A stretch of 64,000 bases of DNA from a virus, in IMG/VR virus record IMGVR_UViG_3300013131_000021, one strand, 5' to 3'. Below, one piece after another: positions 50,255 to 59,412 of this stretch. The notes under the pieces are model-generated. The model searched no databases. It was not told the DNA's origin and saw only the letters and a list, made by a program, of their open reading frames with translations. How positions within the stretch are numbered: position 1 is the stretch's first letter; every line of letters starts with the position of its first letter. The translations under genes were made by a program, and so were the position numbers.

Positions 50255-51334
50255 ATGCAATATAATCCAGTTTATTTATACTTTAATAAATTAGACGTAT
50301 ACACAGAAATGCTAGGATCTTGGCCAACGGAGAGGTATCGCAGAGTGTATAATCGCAATCTTAAAATATATAGAGGCGTTGATAATCGCATCGATATTCA
50401 GGTTAGAAACCCAGATCAAAAAACCAGCAACATTAATGGCTCTATATTGGTATTTAATCTTATTTCTAGAGATGAAAAAAAATTAGTGTTAAAGAAAGAT
50501 TGTACGGCAATGGATCTAACAACTGGAAAATGTACCGTAATTTTAACTGATACTGAACTATTAGATATCACCAATGGATTTTACAATTACAGTATAATTA
50601 AAGAAATAAGAACAACTGTAGATTCAACCGACTATGTAGTAAATTCTAAAATTCCTCTTTATATGGATAGTCAATACGATGCTGTGGGAACATTAGAAAT
50701 TTCTGGAGATGTATATGGAGACGTTGATACTAGTCTAATTATTGGTGCTTTCAATTATACAAATCCTTTCACTACAGGAGATTCGACTCCGAAATGGTTT
50801 ACTAGTTCGATAATAGATGCTAAACCGTTCTCGAAAACCGGCAATGCTTTACATACCTTTCAATTCTATAGCACAAATTATACAGGTTCAGTTGTCATTC
50901 AAGGTAATTCTGATAATCAAGGAGCCACACCTAGAGAATCAAAATGGATAGATATAGTTTCTGTTGATTTAGAAACAGAATCGTTTAAAAATATTGTTGG
51001 CAAATATAATTGGTTTAGGATTAAACACATTCCGACAGGATCGTCTAATACCGCATCATTTGTTATTAATCAAAACATGGATTTCACTTACGATGTTGAA
51101 ATATATATAGGAGGAACATCCTACACCGTAGGCAACGTAATTACCATAGAAGGTAATAAATTGGGTGGAGAATTAGATACGAACGATTTAACTATCACAG
51201 TAGCTGGTGTAGACGGAGATGGTAAAGTTACTAGTATAACTTGGTCCGGATTATCTTATCCGGGAGTTAAAACTTTTATTCTGTCCGGAACAGCATCTGA
51301 AATTGGAACTATTGACAAGATACTTTATAGATAG
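50255..51334 (+). CDS. Putative virion/baseplate protein
   Basis: Beta-rich, Thr/Gly/Ser-rich, Ig-like pattern; upstream TAAATA. Confidence 0.5.
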   Translation: MQYNPVYLYFNKLDVYTEMLGSWPTERYRRVYNRNLKIYRGVDNRIDIQVRNPDQKTSNINGSILVFNLISRDEKKLVLKKDCTAMDLTTGKCTVILTDTELLDITNGFYNYSIIKEIRTTVDSTDYVVNSKIPLYMDSQYDAVGTLEISGDVYGDVDTSLIIGAFNYTNPFTTGDSTPKWFTSSIIDAKPFSKTGNALHTFQFYSTNYTGSVVIQGNSDNQGATPRESKWIDIVSVDLETESFKNIVGKYNWFRIKHIPTGSSNTASFVINQNMDFTYDVEIYIGGTSYTVGNVITIEGNKLGGELDTNDLTITVAGVDGDGKVTSITWSGLSYPGVKTFILSGTASEIGTIDKILYR

Positions 51335-51340
51335 TACAAT
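51312..51340 (+). promoter_or_regulatory. Sigma70-type promoter for primase (leaderless)
   Basis: TTGACA-17-TACAAT, ATG 6 nt later. Confidence 0.8.
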
Positions 51341-51346
51341 ATATCT

Positions 51347-52378
51347 ATGACATTAGTCGTAGATAAATTTTGTTCTCTTTTACCATCAAGATCAAAACAA
51401 AGCCCGTCTGGGTGGACATCATTCAATGCACCCTGTTGCCAGCATCGCGGCCATAGTCCAGATACTCGTAAACGGGGTGGCCTTCGATTTGACGGCAACG
51501 GCATAGTCTATAATTGTTTCAACTGTAAATTCTCTACAGGGTGGCAACCCGGATCACCGTTTGGCGAAAAGATGAAAAGCCTAAGTCGATGGATGGGAGC
51601 CGGTGAAGATGTTATCAAACAAATGGTGTTTGAAGCATTAAAAACTGAGGCTGAAGATTTTCAAGAACAGGAATACATAGCTAAGGTAGATTTTGAAGAT
51701 AAAGCCTTACCCGAATACTCAATGAGTTTGATGGATTGGAGCAATATTATCGAAGGCGAAATAAAAGAACAAATAGGATCTCAGTTTATTGAAGTATTAC
51801 GATACCTAATGAACAGAGGATATGACAATCCCTTTGAATATGATTTTTACTGGAGCCCAACTCCAGGATATATCGACAGAGTCATTGTGCCTTTTCGATG
51901 GCAAGGACGCATAGTAGGCAATACTGCTAGAAAAATTACAGACGGAAAACCCAAATACATATCAGATCAACATCCTCATTTTGTTTTCAATTTTGATAAA
52001 CAAAAAGAAGATCAAAAGTATATATTTGTATGTGAAGGGCCGTTCGATGCTCTTTCAATTAATGGAGTCGCTCTGCTTACTAATGATATTGCAGATCAAC
52101 AGGCTAGAATCATTAACAGCTTAGGTGCAGAGGTAATAGTAATACCCGACCAAGATTCTGCCGGTTTACAATTAATAGATAAAGCTATGTATTACAATTG
52201 GTCAGTGGCTTTTCCTACATGGGGATCAGATGTAAAAGATGTTGCTGAGGCTGTTCAAAAATATGGAAAATTATTTACTGTAGTTGATATTATAAAAACT
52301 TCTCAACAAGGAGATATTAAAATCACTATGCAGAAAAAACAATTGATAAAGAGATTACAATATGAGAAAAATTTTTAG
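51347..52378 (+). CDS. gp61: DNA primase (gp61-like)
   Basis: N-terminal Zn ribbon (C..C / CFNC), R.IVPF, KY and TOPRIM CEGPFDA / PDQD motifs. Confidence 0.85.
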   Translation: MTLVVDKFCSLLPSRSKQSPSGWTSFNAPCCQHRGHSPDTRKRGGLRFDGNGIVYNCFNCKFSTGWQPGSPFGEKMKSLSRWMGAGEDVIKQMVFEALKTEAEDFQEQEYIAKVDFEDKALPEYSMSLMDWSNIIEGEIKEQIGSQFIEVLRYLMNRGYDNPFEYDFYWSPTPGYIDRVIVPFRWQGRIVGNTARKITDGKPKYISDQHPHFVFNFDKQKEDQKYIFVCEGPFDALSINGVALLTNDIADQQARIINSLGAEVIVIPDQDSAGLQLIDKAMYYNWSVAFPTWGSDVKDVAEAVQKYGKLFTVVDIIKTSQQGDIKITMQKKQLIKRLQYEKNF

Positions 52379-52475
52379 AATATTAATATCACCTATTACA
52401 AAATTGATTGATTACTACAAATTACAAAAAAAATTAAAAGAACTTAGAAAAAGAGACCCTTTTATATATAAATGA
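52362..52475 (+). CDS. 37-aa basic peptide coupled to the carbamoyltransferase
   Basis: MRKIFRILISPITKLIDYYKLQKKLKELRKRDPFIYK; its TGA overlaps ATG 52472; absent from the ORF track. Confidence 0.6.
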   Translation: MRKIFRILISPITKLIDYYKLQKKLKELRKRDPFIYK

Positions 52476-53944
52476 TTACTTGGGGAATATCAGCTAATAG
52501 TCACAATGCTTCATTAGCCGTATTTGAAGATAGCAATTTATTATTTGCTAGTGATTCTGAACGATTTAGCAAAATAAAAAACGATCCTCATTTAAATGAT
52601 GATCTAATTGAATATGCGAGAATGACTGGGGGATCTCCAGATCTTATATGCTGGTATGAAAAACCTTGGTTAAAAACTTTACGACAACTATTTGCCGGCC
52701 AAGGATGGCAAGATAATAGTGTTAAACGGTATCTTGCAAAATATGAAATCTATTCTCCTATTACTACATATAAACACCATCATACTCACGCAGCAGGAGC
52801 ATATTTTACCAGCCCTTTTGATTCTGCCTGTATTGTCATCATAGATGCCATTGGAGAATTTGAAACATTAACTATTTGGCGAGCACAGGGTACTAGTTTA
52901 AAAAAAATTTATAGCTGTGCATATCCAGATAGTCTAGGGTTGTTTTATAGTGCTATGACCAAAAGATGTAATCTTAAACCAAACGAGGAAGAATATATCT
53001 TGATGGGAATGTCTGCCTACGGAGATCGAAAACGCCTTTATAAAAGAATAGTTGACGATTTTATTATTTTTCCTCATGCAGAAGCACATCGTCCTATTAT
53101 GTTCAAACATAATTTACATCGAGGATGTGATTGGTGGGCTCCTGATTTACGATCAGAACAAGACAAATTTGATATTGCCGCAGCTACACAGTTTATATAC
53201 GAACAATCATTTACAAGAATATTACAGATAGCAAGAGAACTTGTTCCTAGTAATAATTTAATTTTAGGCGGTGGTTGTGCCCTTAATTGTGTTGCGAATC
53301 CAATAGCCTTTGATTATTTTAACAATGTATGGATCCCACCGGCACCCGGTGATAATGGCAGTAGTATTGGTGCAGTATTAGCCCACCACAAAAAACATAT
53401 AAAAAATTTTACACCGCTTTTAGGAACAAATATAACACCTAAGACTTCAAATCAACAGATAGTAGATCATTTATTAAAAAATAAAATCTGCGGAGTAGCT
53501 AGAGGCCGTGCAGAATTTGGTCCCAGGGCGTTAGGGAATAGAAGTTTACTTGCAGATCCAAGAGATCCCAATATAAAAGAAGTAGTGAATAATATAAAAC
53601 AAAGAGAGCAATTTAGACCATTCGCGCCTGCAATTTTAGAAGAACATGCTGAGAAATTTTTTTGTATGCCTAATAATAAAAGCCCATTTATGCAATTTGT
53701 AGTTAACTGTAAATACCCAGAAAAATTTCCTGCTATAGTACACAAAGACGGATCTAGCAGAATACAAACTGTTGGCAAAAATGATAATCATGAATTTAGA
53801 AAACTTTTAGAAATTTGGTACGAAAAGACCGGATGTCCTATGTTGCTGAACACTAGTTTGAATGTGAAAGGGCAACCTATGGTGAATGATATCGGCGATT
53901 CTTTTACTTGGTCTAAAATCTATGGTTTACCTGTGTTTAATTAG
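52472..53944 (+). CDS. O-carbamoyltransferase (CmcH/NodU/TobZ family)
   Basis: SERF...K, HHHTHAA, IDAIGE, MGMSAYG, GGCALN, EFGPRALGNRS, FRPFAP and NTSLN motifs. Confidence 0.92.
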   Translation: MITWGISANSHNASLAVFEDSNLLFASDSERFSKIKNDPHLNDDLIEYARMTGGSPDLICWYEKPWLKTLRQLFAGQGWQDNSVKRYLAKYEIYSPITTYKHHHTHAAGAYFTSPFDSACIVIIDAIGEFETLTIWRAQGTSLKKIYSCAYPDSLGLFYSAMTKRCNLKPNEEEYILMGMSAYGDRKRLYKRIVDDFIIFPHAEAHRPIMFKHNLHRGCDWWAPDLRSEQDKFDIAAATQFIYEQSFTRILQIARELVPSNNLILGGGCALNCVANPIAFDYFNNVWIPPAPGDNGSSIGAVLAHHKKHIKNFTPLLGTNITPKTSNQQIVDHLLKNKICGVARGRAEFGPRALGNRSLLADPRDPNIKEVVNNIKQREQFRPFAPAILEEHAEKFFCMPNNKSPFMQFVVNCKYPEKFPAIVHKDGSSRIQTVGKNDNHEFRKLLEIWYEKTGCPMLLNTSLNVKGQPMVNDIGDSFTWSKIYGLPVFN

Positions 53945-53954
53945 AATGTATAAT
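53926..53954 (+). promoter_or_regulatory. Sigma70-type promoter for helicase (leaderless)
   Basis: TTTACC-17-TATAAT, ATG 7 nt later. Confidence 0.65.
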
Positions 53955-53961
53955 AATTACT

Positions 53962-55374
53962 ATGATAAAAGATTACGGATACGAAATACAAAAATTATAT
54001 CTTGAACTGATGTTAGCGGATGCTGAGATATTCGTTCGATGTCAAGGTATTTTTGATCATACATTATTTGATCGCAAACTACAAGATGCTGCCGAATTCA
54101 TAAACGCATATGCTAAAGAATATTCTGTACTACCTGAATATGATATGGTAAATGCCAGTTGTAGAGTTGATCTGAAAAAACCAGAAGAAATAAAAGAAGG
54201 ACATAATGATTGGCTAATGGATGAATTTGAATCATTTATTAGACATAAAGCATTGGAACGTGCTATTATTGAATCGGCAGATTTATTAGAAAAGAAAGAT
54301 TATGGACAGGTAGAAACAAAGATCAAAGAAGCAGTGCAGATCAGTCTTACGAAGGATATGGGCACTGATTATTTTGAAGATCCTAGACAAAGATTACTTA
54401 GAATTAAAGATAAAAATGGTCAAATATCAACAGGTTGGCCTAGTTTAGATCGCAGACTGTTTGGAGGTATGAATCGCGGCGAGCTTAATATTTTTGCTGG
54501 TGGTAGCGGTGCAGGAAAATCTCTATTCCTTGCCAACCTAGGTGTTAACTGGTGCTTGCAAGGACTCAATGTTGTCTATCTAACTTTAGAACTTTCCGAA
54601 GATCTAGTAGCAATGCGTATTGACGCTATGACTACAGGTATCCCAACTAAAGAGATCTTTAAAGATCTCGACGATGTCGAAATGAAAGTTCGTATCATTG
54701 GTAAGAAGTCAGGATCATTGCAGATCAAGTATATGCCTAGTGGTAAGACCGCCAACGATCTTCGTGCTTATCTCAAAGAGTATGAAATTAAAACAGGTCG
54801 AAGAGTAGATGTACTATTAGTTGACTATCTAGATTTATTGATGCCAATGAGTCGAAAGATATCTCCTGCAGATCTATTCATCAAAGACAAATATGTATCA
54901 GAAGAACTAAGGAATCTTGCAGTAGAAAAAAATTGTATACTCGTAACAGCTTCACAATTAAATAGAGGAGCAGTTGAAGAAGTTGAGTTTGATCATAGTC
55001 ATATTTCCGGTGGTCTAAGTAAGATTCAAACAGCAGATAACGTGTTTGGTATTTTTACCAGCCGAGCCATGCGAGAACGTGGCAGATATCAAATACAATT
55101 GATGAAGACTCGTTCATCTAGTGGTGTAGGTCAAAAGGTTGATCTAGAGTTCAATCTAGAAACATTAAAGATCAGCGATCTTCCAGAAGATGAACAAGAA
55201 AGCCACAACGGCGCAAGTCGAGGATCAAGCAGTATTATAGATACAATTAAGCGTAAAACTGAAATACAACGTGAAGATCCAAGAGAAGGATCTACGGCAC
55301 CAAAAGTTAGAGCACAAGTTGAAAGTACAAAATTGCGCGAGATTTTAAACAGTATGAATACAGATGAAGAATGA
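53962..55374 (+). CDS. gp41: Replicative helicase (gp41/DnaB-like)
   Basis: GGSGAGKS Walker A, TLE, VDYLDL, ASQLNR and K.R motifs. Confidence 0.92.
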   Translation: MIKDYGYEIQKLYLELMLADAEIFVRCQGIFDHTLFDRKLQDAAEFINAYAKEYSVLPEYDMVNASCRVDLKKPEEIKEGHNDWLMDEFESFIRHKALERAIIESADLLEKKDYGQVETKIKEAVQISLTKDMGTDYFEDPRQRLLRIKDKNGQISTGWPSLDRRLFGGMNRGELNIFAGGSGAGKSLFLANLGVNWCLQGLNVVYLTLELSEDLVAMRIDAMTTGIPTKEIFKDLDDVEMKVRIIGKKSGSLQIKYMPSGKTANDLRAYLKEYEIKTGRRVDVLLVDYLDLLMPMSRKISPADLFIKDKYVSEELRNLAVEKNCILVTASQLNRGAVEEVEFDHSHISGGLSKIQTADNVFGIFTSRAMRERGRYQIQLMKTRSSSGVGQKVDLEFNLETLKISDLPEDEQESHNGASRGSSSIIDTIKRKTEIQREDPREGSTAPKVRAQVESTKLREILNSMNTDEE

Positions 55375-55603
55375 TAGATTAGAATTGTACAACTGGCGAT
55401 TTAAGGCTGAGCCAGATACAATAGAAATTGATTGGCCCAAAGTACATAAAAAAGTAGGCACTGATTTGATTAATTGGATCGTTAGACAGCCTAAAGATAA
55501 ATGCCAGTTAGTGGTGGATAAAGTTGATCAGGAATACAAGCTAATAGCGGAATTCTATGACGAACACACATTGTTAAATTATCATTTGATGTGGGCTAAA
55601 TAA
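55364..55603 (+). CDS. Hypothetical protein
   Basis: 79 aa, overlapping the helicase stop. Confidence 0.55.
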   Translation: MKNDRLELYNWRFKAEPDTIEIDWPKVHKKVGTDLINWIVRQPKDKCQLVVDKVDQEYKLIAEFYDEHTLLNYHLMWAK

Positions 55604-55606
55604 TGA

Positions 55607-56320
55607 ATGCGTCTAAGAGAATTAAACGAAGATCACGACTTCATTACAGTAAATCGACAATTGAATCCCAAACTTTGGGAAGACAGTCGTCTCAAACTAG
55701 AAGTCAAACAAAAACTGATAGAAATCGCAAGAGCGTTTGAAGATTTTGTTGGTATTGAATTAGATGTAGAAGATTATACCATAACTGGTTCAAATGCTAA
55801 TTTTACGTGGACAGAATACAGTGATTTGGACCTACATCTTATTATTCCCGGTACGCCCACCGACGAACAGAGAGAACTATTCAATGCTAAGAAAGCTCTT
55901 TGGAGTGAGCAGCACGATATTTCGATCAAAGGACTTCCGGTAGAATGTTATGTACAAGGCTCCGACGAACCTCATCACAGCACCGGAGTATATAGTCTAG
56001 TAAATGATTCCTGGTTGGTCGAACCTAGAAAAATCAAACCAGAAGTAGATGATGCAGCAGTCGAAGCCAAGAAAGATGCCATACTGGCTTCTATCGAACA
56101 TGCTCTTCTCAGCAAAGATCTTGAGAAATTACGTACAGTAAAAGATAAAATCACACAGATGCGTAAAGCGGGATTGGCTCGAGCAGGTGAATGGTCAGTA
56201 GAAAATCTAGTATTCAAAATTCTACGTAATCTAGGGCTTATTGATCAGATCACGGATAAAATCCGTGAACTAGAAGATCAAGAACTCAGTCTAGAACAAC
56301 AATCAAATATTCTTAACTAA
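55607..56320 (+). CDS. Pol-beta superfamily nucleotidyltransferase-like protein
   Basis: ITGSNA..TW..YSDLDLH (GS...DxD) plus a downstream acidic strand (PVECY). Confidence 0.65.
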   Translation: MRLRELNEDHDFITVNRQLNPKLWEDSRLKLEVKQKLIEIARAFEDFVGIELDVEDYTITGSNANFTWTEYSDLDLHLIIPGTPTDEQRELFNAKKALWSEQHDISIKGLPVECYVQGSDEPHHSTGVYSLVNDSWLVEPRKIKPEVDDAAVEAKKDAILASIEHALLSKDLEKLRTVKDKITQMRKAGLARAGEWSVENLVFKILRNLGLIDQITDKIRELEDQELSLEQQSNILN

Positions 56321-56365
56321 ATATCCCTGCGTGTGAGGTGATCTGAGCTGGACCTAAATCAATTT

Positions 56366-56396
56366 CAGAAACGCACTTGATTCAAGTGTTTTTCTG
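56366..56396 (+). promoter_or_regulatory. Long leader hairpin
   Basis: CAGAAA-CG-CACTTGA-T-TCAAGTG-TT-TTTCTG, between a TAAATA motif and an AAGGAG SD. Confidence 0.55.
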
Positions 56397-56417
56397 TCTA
56401 CTTTAAAGGAGATTTAG

Positions 56418-57284
56418 ATGCAAGCCAGAACAAAGAAAGAACAGGCAGCAGCCCCTGAAACAAAATCCGAAATGGATATGATCAAAGAGCTGCAAGACGA
56501 ACTACGCTTTTTACGTGAACAGCGTACGGCTAAATCAGCCGATCCTGAACAGATTCAAAAGCAACAAGAATTGATTGCCAAGAATACCAGACGTGCCTGG
56601 GACAGCGAAGCATTAGTTCAATTCAATGTAGCACAAGTGCAAGTAGCTCGTTCAATCGTAGAAGAAAACGTCACTGATGCTATGCAGAGTTATACTATCA
56701 ATGCAGGTGGTAATCGTGAGTTGATTATGCGCACTACCGATGATGTTTATCGTAATCGTATGATGATGTTGACTCAACTACAACCTTCTACACCAATGCA
56801 GGCGTTGTTTCAAGATTCGATTATTACTAAAACTAAATTAGATTATCTACATCATCGAAATCATGTTAATCAAGAAATGGTGGCAATCATTCAGGAGATG
56901 GCTGCTGCTATACGTTCTATTGGAGATGTATCAGAACGCTTTTACGAACTCAATGATCACATGTTAGAACATTGCGATGAAGTATCGGATGAAAATGCTC
57001 GTTGGTTCGATGGTGAGCTAGCAGATATGATGAACTCAGCCACACAAGATGGAAACAGTCTGCGTGTAGAATTATCGGAAACTGAAACCGATATCTTACT
57101 CAAAGCCGCAGAGCTCAATAAGTTAGAGATTCGAGCTTTGGCAGGATTGGCAGATAGTCTAGGTGAGCATTTACAAGAATGTCAAGAACACGGTAACGAG
57201 CTTCGTGACGAAGTTATCAACTTGCGTGAAAAGGTCGATGGTACGCAGAAACGTATCGCTAATCGTATCGCTCCGTCAAAATGA
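56418..57284 (+). CDS. All-helical coiled-coil protein
   Basis: 288 aa with heptad-like E/Q/M/L pattern; strong SD. Confidence 0.7.
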   Translation: MQARTKKEQAAAPETKSEMDMIKELQDELRFLREQRTAKSADPEQIQKQQELIAKNTRRAWDSEALVQFNVAQVQVARSIVEENVTDAMQSYTINAGGNRELIMRTTDDVYRNRMMMLTQLQPSTPMQALFQDSIITKTKLDYLHHRNHVNQEMVAIIQEMAAAIRSIGDVSERFYELNDHMLEHCDEVSDENARWFDGELADMMNSATQDGNSLRVELSETETDILLKAAELNKLEIRALAGLADSLGEHLQECQEHGNELRDEVINLREKVDGTQKRIANRIAPSK

Positions 57285-57481
57285 TATTTCCAGATAAACC
57301 TAGACCACCCTGGCAGTATGCACAGCCAAAGATCGTAAATGTCCGCAAGGCAGTAGAATCTATCAAAGAAAAAACTAAGAAAGAATCTAAACCCTTGAGC
57401 TATTATCGCGATTACTTTGAGTTTGCAGCGATCTGCATAGGATTCTATTTCTGGGTCCAATATTGGATACAGTTTCAATAA
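57281..57481 (+). CDS. Small protein with C-terminal membrane helix
   Basis: 66 aa, hydrophobic aromatic C-terminus; ATGA coupling. Confidence 0.55.
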   Translation: MIFPDKPRPPWQYAQPKIVNVRKAVESIKEKTKKESKPLSYYRDYFEFAAICIGFYFWVQYWIQFQ

Positions 57482-57708
57482 TCTTTGATGATATTACTAT
57501 AGATCTAGTGCTGGCCTATCGACGCTGGAGCAGGATACGGCGTATTAGAAACGCACTTAGATCTATACGAAATCAATATCCTCAGATAAAATTTACTCAG
57601 CACAGACAAGGACAGATCATTACTGTTGAGTTTGTGTCAGAATTAGATCTGTTTCAGTTTGCGTTGGTATGGAGAGCTAATCTTCCTGCATGGCGCAGGA
57701 AGAGGTAG
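57463..57708 (+). CDS. Hypothetical protein
   Basis: 81 aa ORF; start uncertain. Confidence 0.4.
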   Translation: MDTVSIIFDDITIDLVLAYRRWSRIRRIRNALRSIRNQYPQIKFTQHRQGQIITVEFVSELDLFQFALVWRANLPAWRRKR

Positions 57709-58395
57709 TCAGTCGTTTTTATTCCCAAACAATTGCAGTAGGCTCAGGAAGATGTTGATAAAATTCAAGTAAAGACTTAAGGCACCCATGATTTCCATCT
57801 TGCCATCATTTTCATAGCTGACCATTTCACGTATTCGCTGTGTATCATAAGCGGTCAAACCTAGAAAAATAATGATAGCCAATGTACTGATCACCATTTG
57901 CATCACAGTTGATCCAATAAAGATATTCACTATGCTGGCAATTACTATGGCGATCAATCCTACAAATAAGAATTTACCAAAACTATCTAAACTTCGTTTG
58001 GTAAAATATCCATAAAAACTCATGACGCCAAACAATACAGCAGCACCCATGAATGCGCTAAAAATGCTACCGAGGGTGTAAACGATAAAGATAGTAGCGA
58101 AGCTGAGACCCATTAGGGCCGCGAATCCGTGCAGTAAGATCTGTAATGTGGATTTGCTCATCTTTTCATAGGCAAGACTGATACCCAGTACAGCAACCAA
58201 CGGTGCGAAAATCACTACCCATTTTAACGCTGTGCCAAACAATAAAGCCATTAATGCAGGACTGGAACTGACCAGAGCACTGACTATCATGGACGTTAAA
58301 ACAGCCAGACCCATCTGTGCATAAACGCGACCCATAGCATCATTGATTTGCGTAGCAGAACGAATTACATATTGGTCTAACGTAGTATCGAACAT
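57709..58395 (-). CDS. Bax inhibitor-1/YccA family membrane protein
   Basis: About 7 TM helices; VY..MGL, LTAYDTQRI and ALSLYLNFINIF.SLLQL signatures; AAGGAG SD. Confidence 0.9.
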   Translation of the reverse strand: MFDTTLDQYVIRSATQINDAMGRVYAQMGLAVLTSMIVSALVSSSPALMALLFGTALKWVVIFAPLVAVLGISLAYEKMSKSTLQILLHGFAALMGLSFATIFIVYTLGSIFSAFMGAAVLFGVMSFYGYFTKRSLDSFGKFLFVGLIAIVIASIVNIFIGSTVMQMVISTLAIIIFLGLTAYDTQRIREMVSYENDGKMEIMGALSLYLNFINIFLSLLQLFGNKND

Positions 58396-58426
58396 ATTTG
58401 AACTCCTTTAAGTTGTAAACAATTAT

Positions 58427-58455
58427 ATTTTACAGTATAATATTTATTTGGTCAA
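58427..58455 (-). promoter_or_regulatory. Composite early/late promoter for BI-1/YccA
   Basis: Minus strand TTGACC-17-TAAAAT with TAAATA in the spacer. Confidence 0.6.
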
Positions 58456-58523
58456 CCTATACATTTTATTAAAATAGGTTTTTTTGGTTGGTATATAAAT
58501 ACGCATATAATTAAGGAAATAAC

Positions 58524-58958
58524 ATGTTGCATGTAATTAAAGATCTTTCGGATAATCTTTTAAATCTAATCAAAGACGATCCAGTTCGTCCAGAAATTCC
58601 CGTTGAACAGCGAGTGAATTCGAACAGCAGGATCTTTGTGCTGAAAGGTGATAACGATGAACCTTTGGCAGTTACGTGTGTGAAGTTTCTTGAACGTATT
58701 CCTCACAGCGTGGATGAATTGGCCGAGGTAGCAGTGCATACTAATACAGCAGTATTTTACAGCATTTGGAGTTATGCCAATGGAGCAGGCCGTCAATTGA
58801 TACAAGCGGCACAACAACACATCCGAGATACCAATCCTGATGTAGAAACTTATGTAACTCTAAGTCCTAAAACAGAAATGGCTAGAAAATTCCATCTGAA
58901 AAACGGAGCTGAGGTATTCAGAGAAAACGAAACTTCTGTGAATTATCTGTACAAATAA
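58524..58958 (+). CDS. GNAT-fold-like protein
   Basis: FYSIWS..GAGRQLI (motif A-like) and KFHLKNG motifs. Confidence 0.5.
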   Translation: MLHVIKDLSDNLLNLIKDDPVRPEIPVEQRVNSNSRIFVLKGDNDEPLAVTCVKFLERIPHSVDELAEVAVHTNTAVFYSIWSYANGAGRQLIQAAQQHIRDTNPDVETYVTLSPKTEMARKFHLKNGAEVFRENETSVNYLYK

Positions 58959-59153
58959 TCAAGCAGTGTAGTTTTTAATCACAGGAACCCAAAGATCAGT
59001 GCCACGAGTGGTCATATTGTTGGCCAGTCGTTGTGCCATGAGCTGGCATTCCGTGATCTGATGTGGCTGGTATCGAATACCTTTGAGATCTTGGTGTTTT
59101 ACAGTTTGTCCAGTTTTAGTGTTGCGAGCAGCGGGTAAGATATATTGTGCCAT
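58959..59153 (-). CDS. Hypothetical protein
   Basis: MAQYILPAARN..., 64 aa. Confidence 0.5.
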   Translation of the reverse strand: MAQYILPAARNTKTGQTVKHQDLKGIRYQPHQITECQLMAQRLANNMTTRGTDLWVPVIKNYTA

Positions 59154-59157
59154 ATTG

Positions 59158-59400
59158 TTATTTATCCTGTTCTTGATCTTCAAATAGTGTGCGTATGATC
59201 CTAGAATTTTCTGGATATTTCATCAGCCAAATATCTGCGTACATGGCATTGTTAAAAAGCAGCCACCAATCTACAGGTATACCAGCGTTGTAATTATCTG
59301 TGTGCGCCCAAGATCTAGGCCAATAGCTGACGAACTGGCGCCAACTGATCAACAACTGTTCCTGCTGTCGTTGGAATTGTTCTAAGTAAACTATCAGCAC
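59158..59400 (-). CDS. Hypothetical protein
   Basis: GTG start 5 nt after a minus-strand TAAATA. Confidence 0.5.
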   Translation of the reverse strand: MLIVYLEQFQRQQEQLLISWRQFVSYWPRSWAHTDNYNAGIPVDWWLLFNNAMYADIWLMKYPENSRIIRTLFEDQEQDK

Positions 59401-59401
59401 A

Positions 59402-59411
59402 TAAGTATTTA
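59402..59411. promoter_or_regulatory. Overlapping bidirectional late promoter
   Basis: TAAGTA (+, 59402-07) and TAAATA (-, 59406-11), each 5 nt from a start codon. Confidence 0.6.
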
Positions 59412-59412
59412 C

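Noticed and set aside
21363-55374. Inteins or introns in terminase, UvsX, UvsW, primase or helicase
   Set aside because: All are of ordinary length with contiguous motifs and no splice-junction signatures
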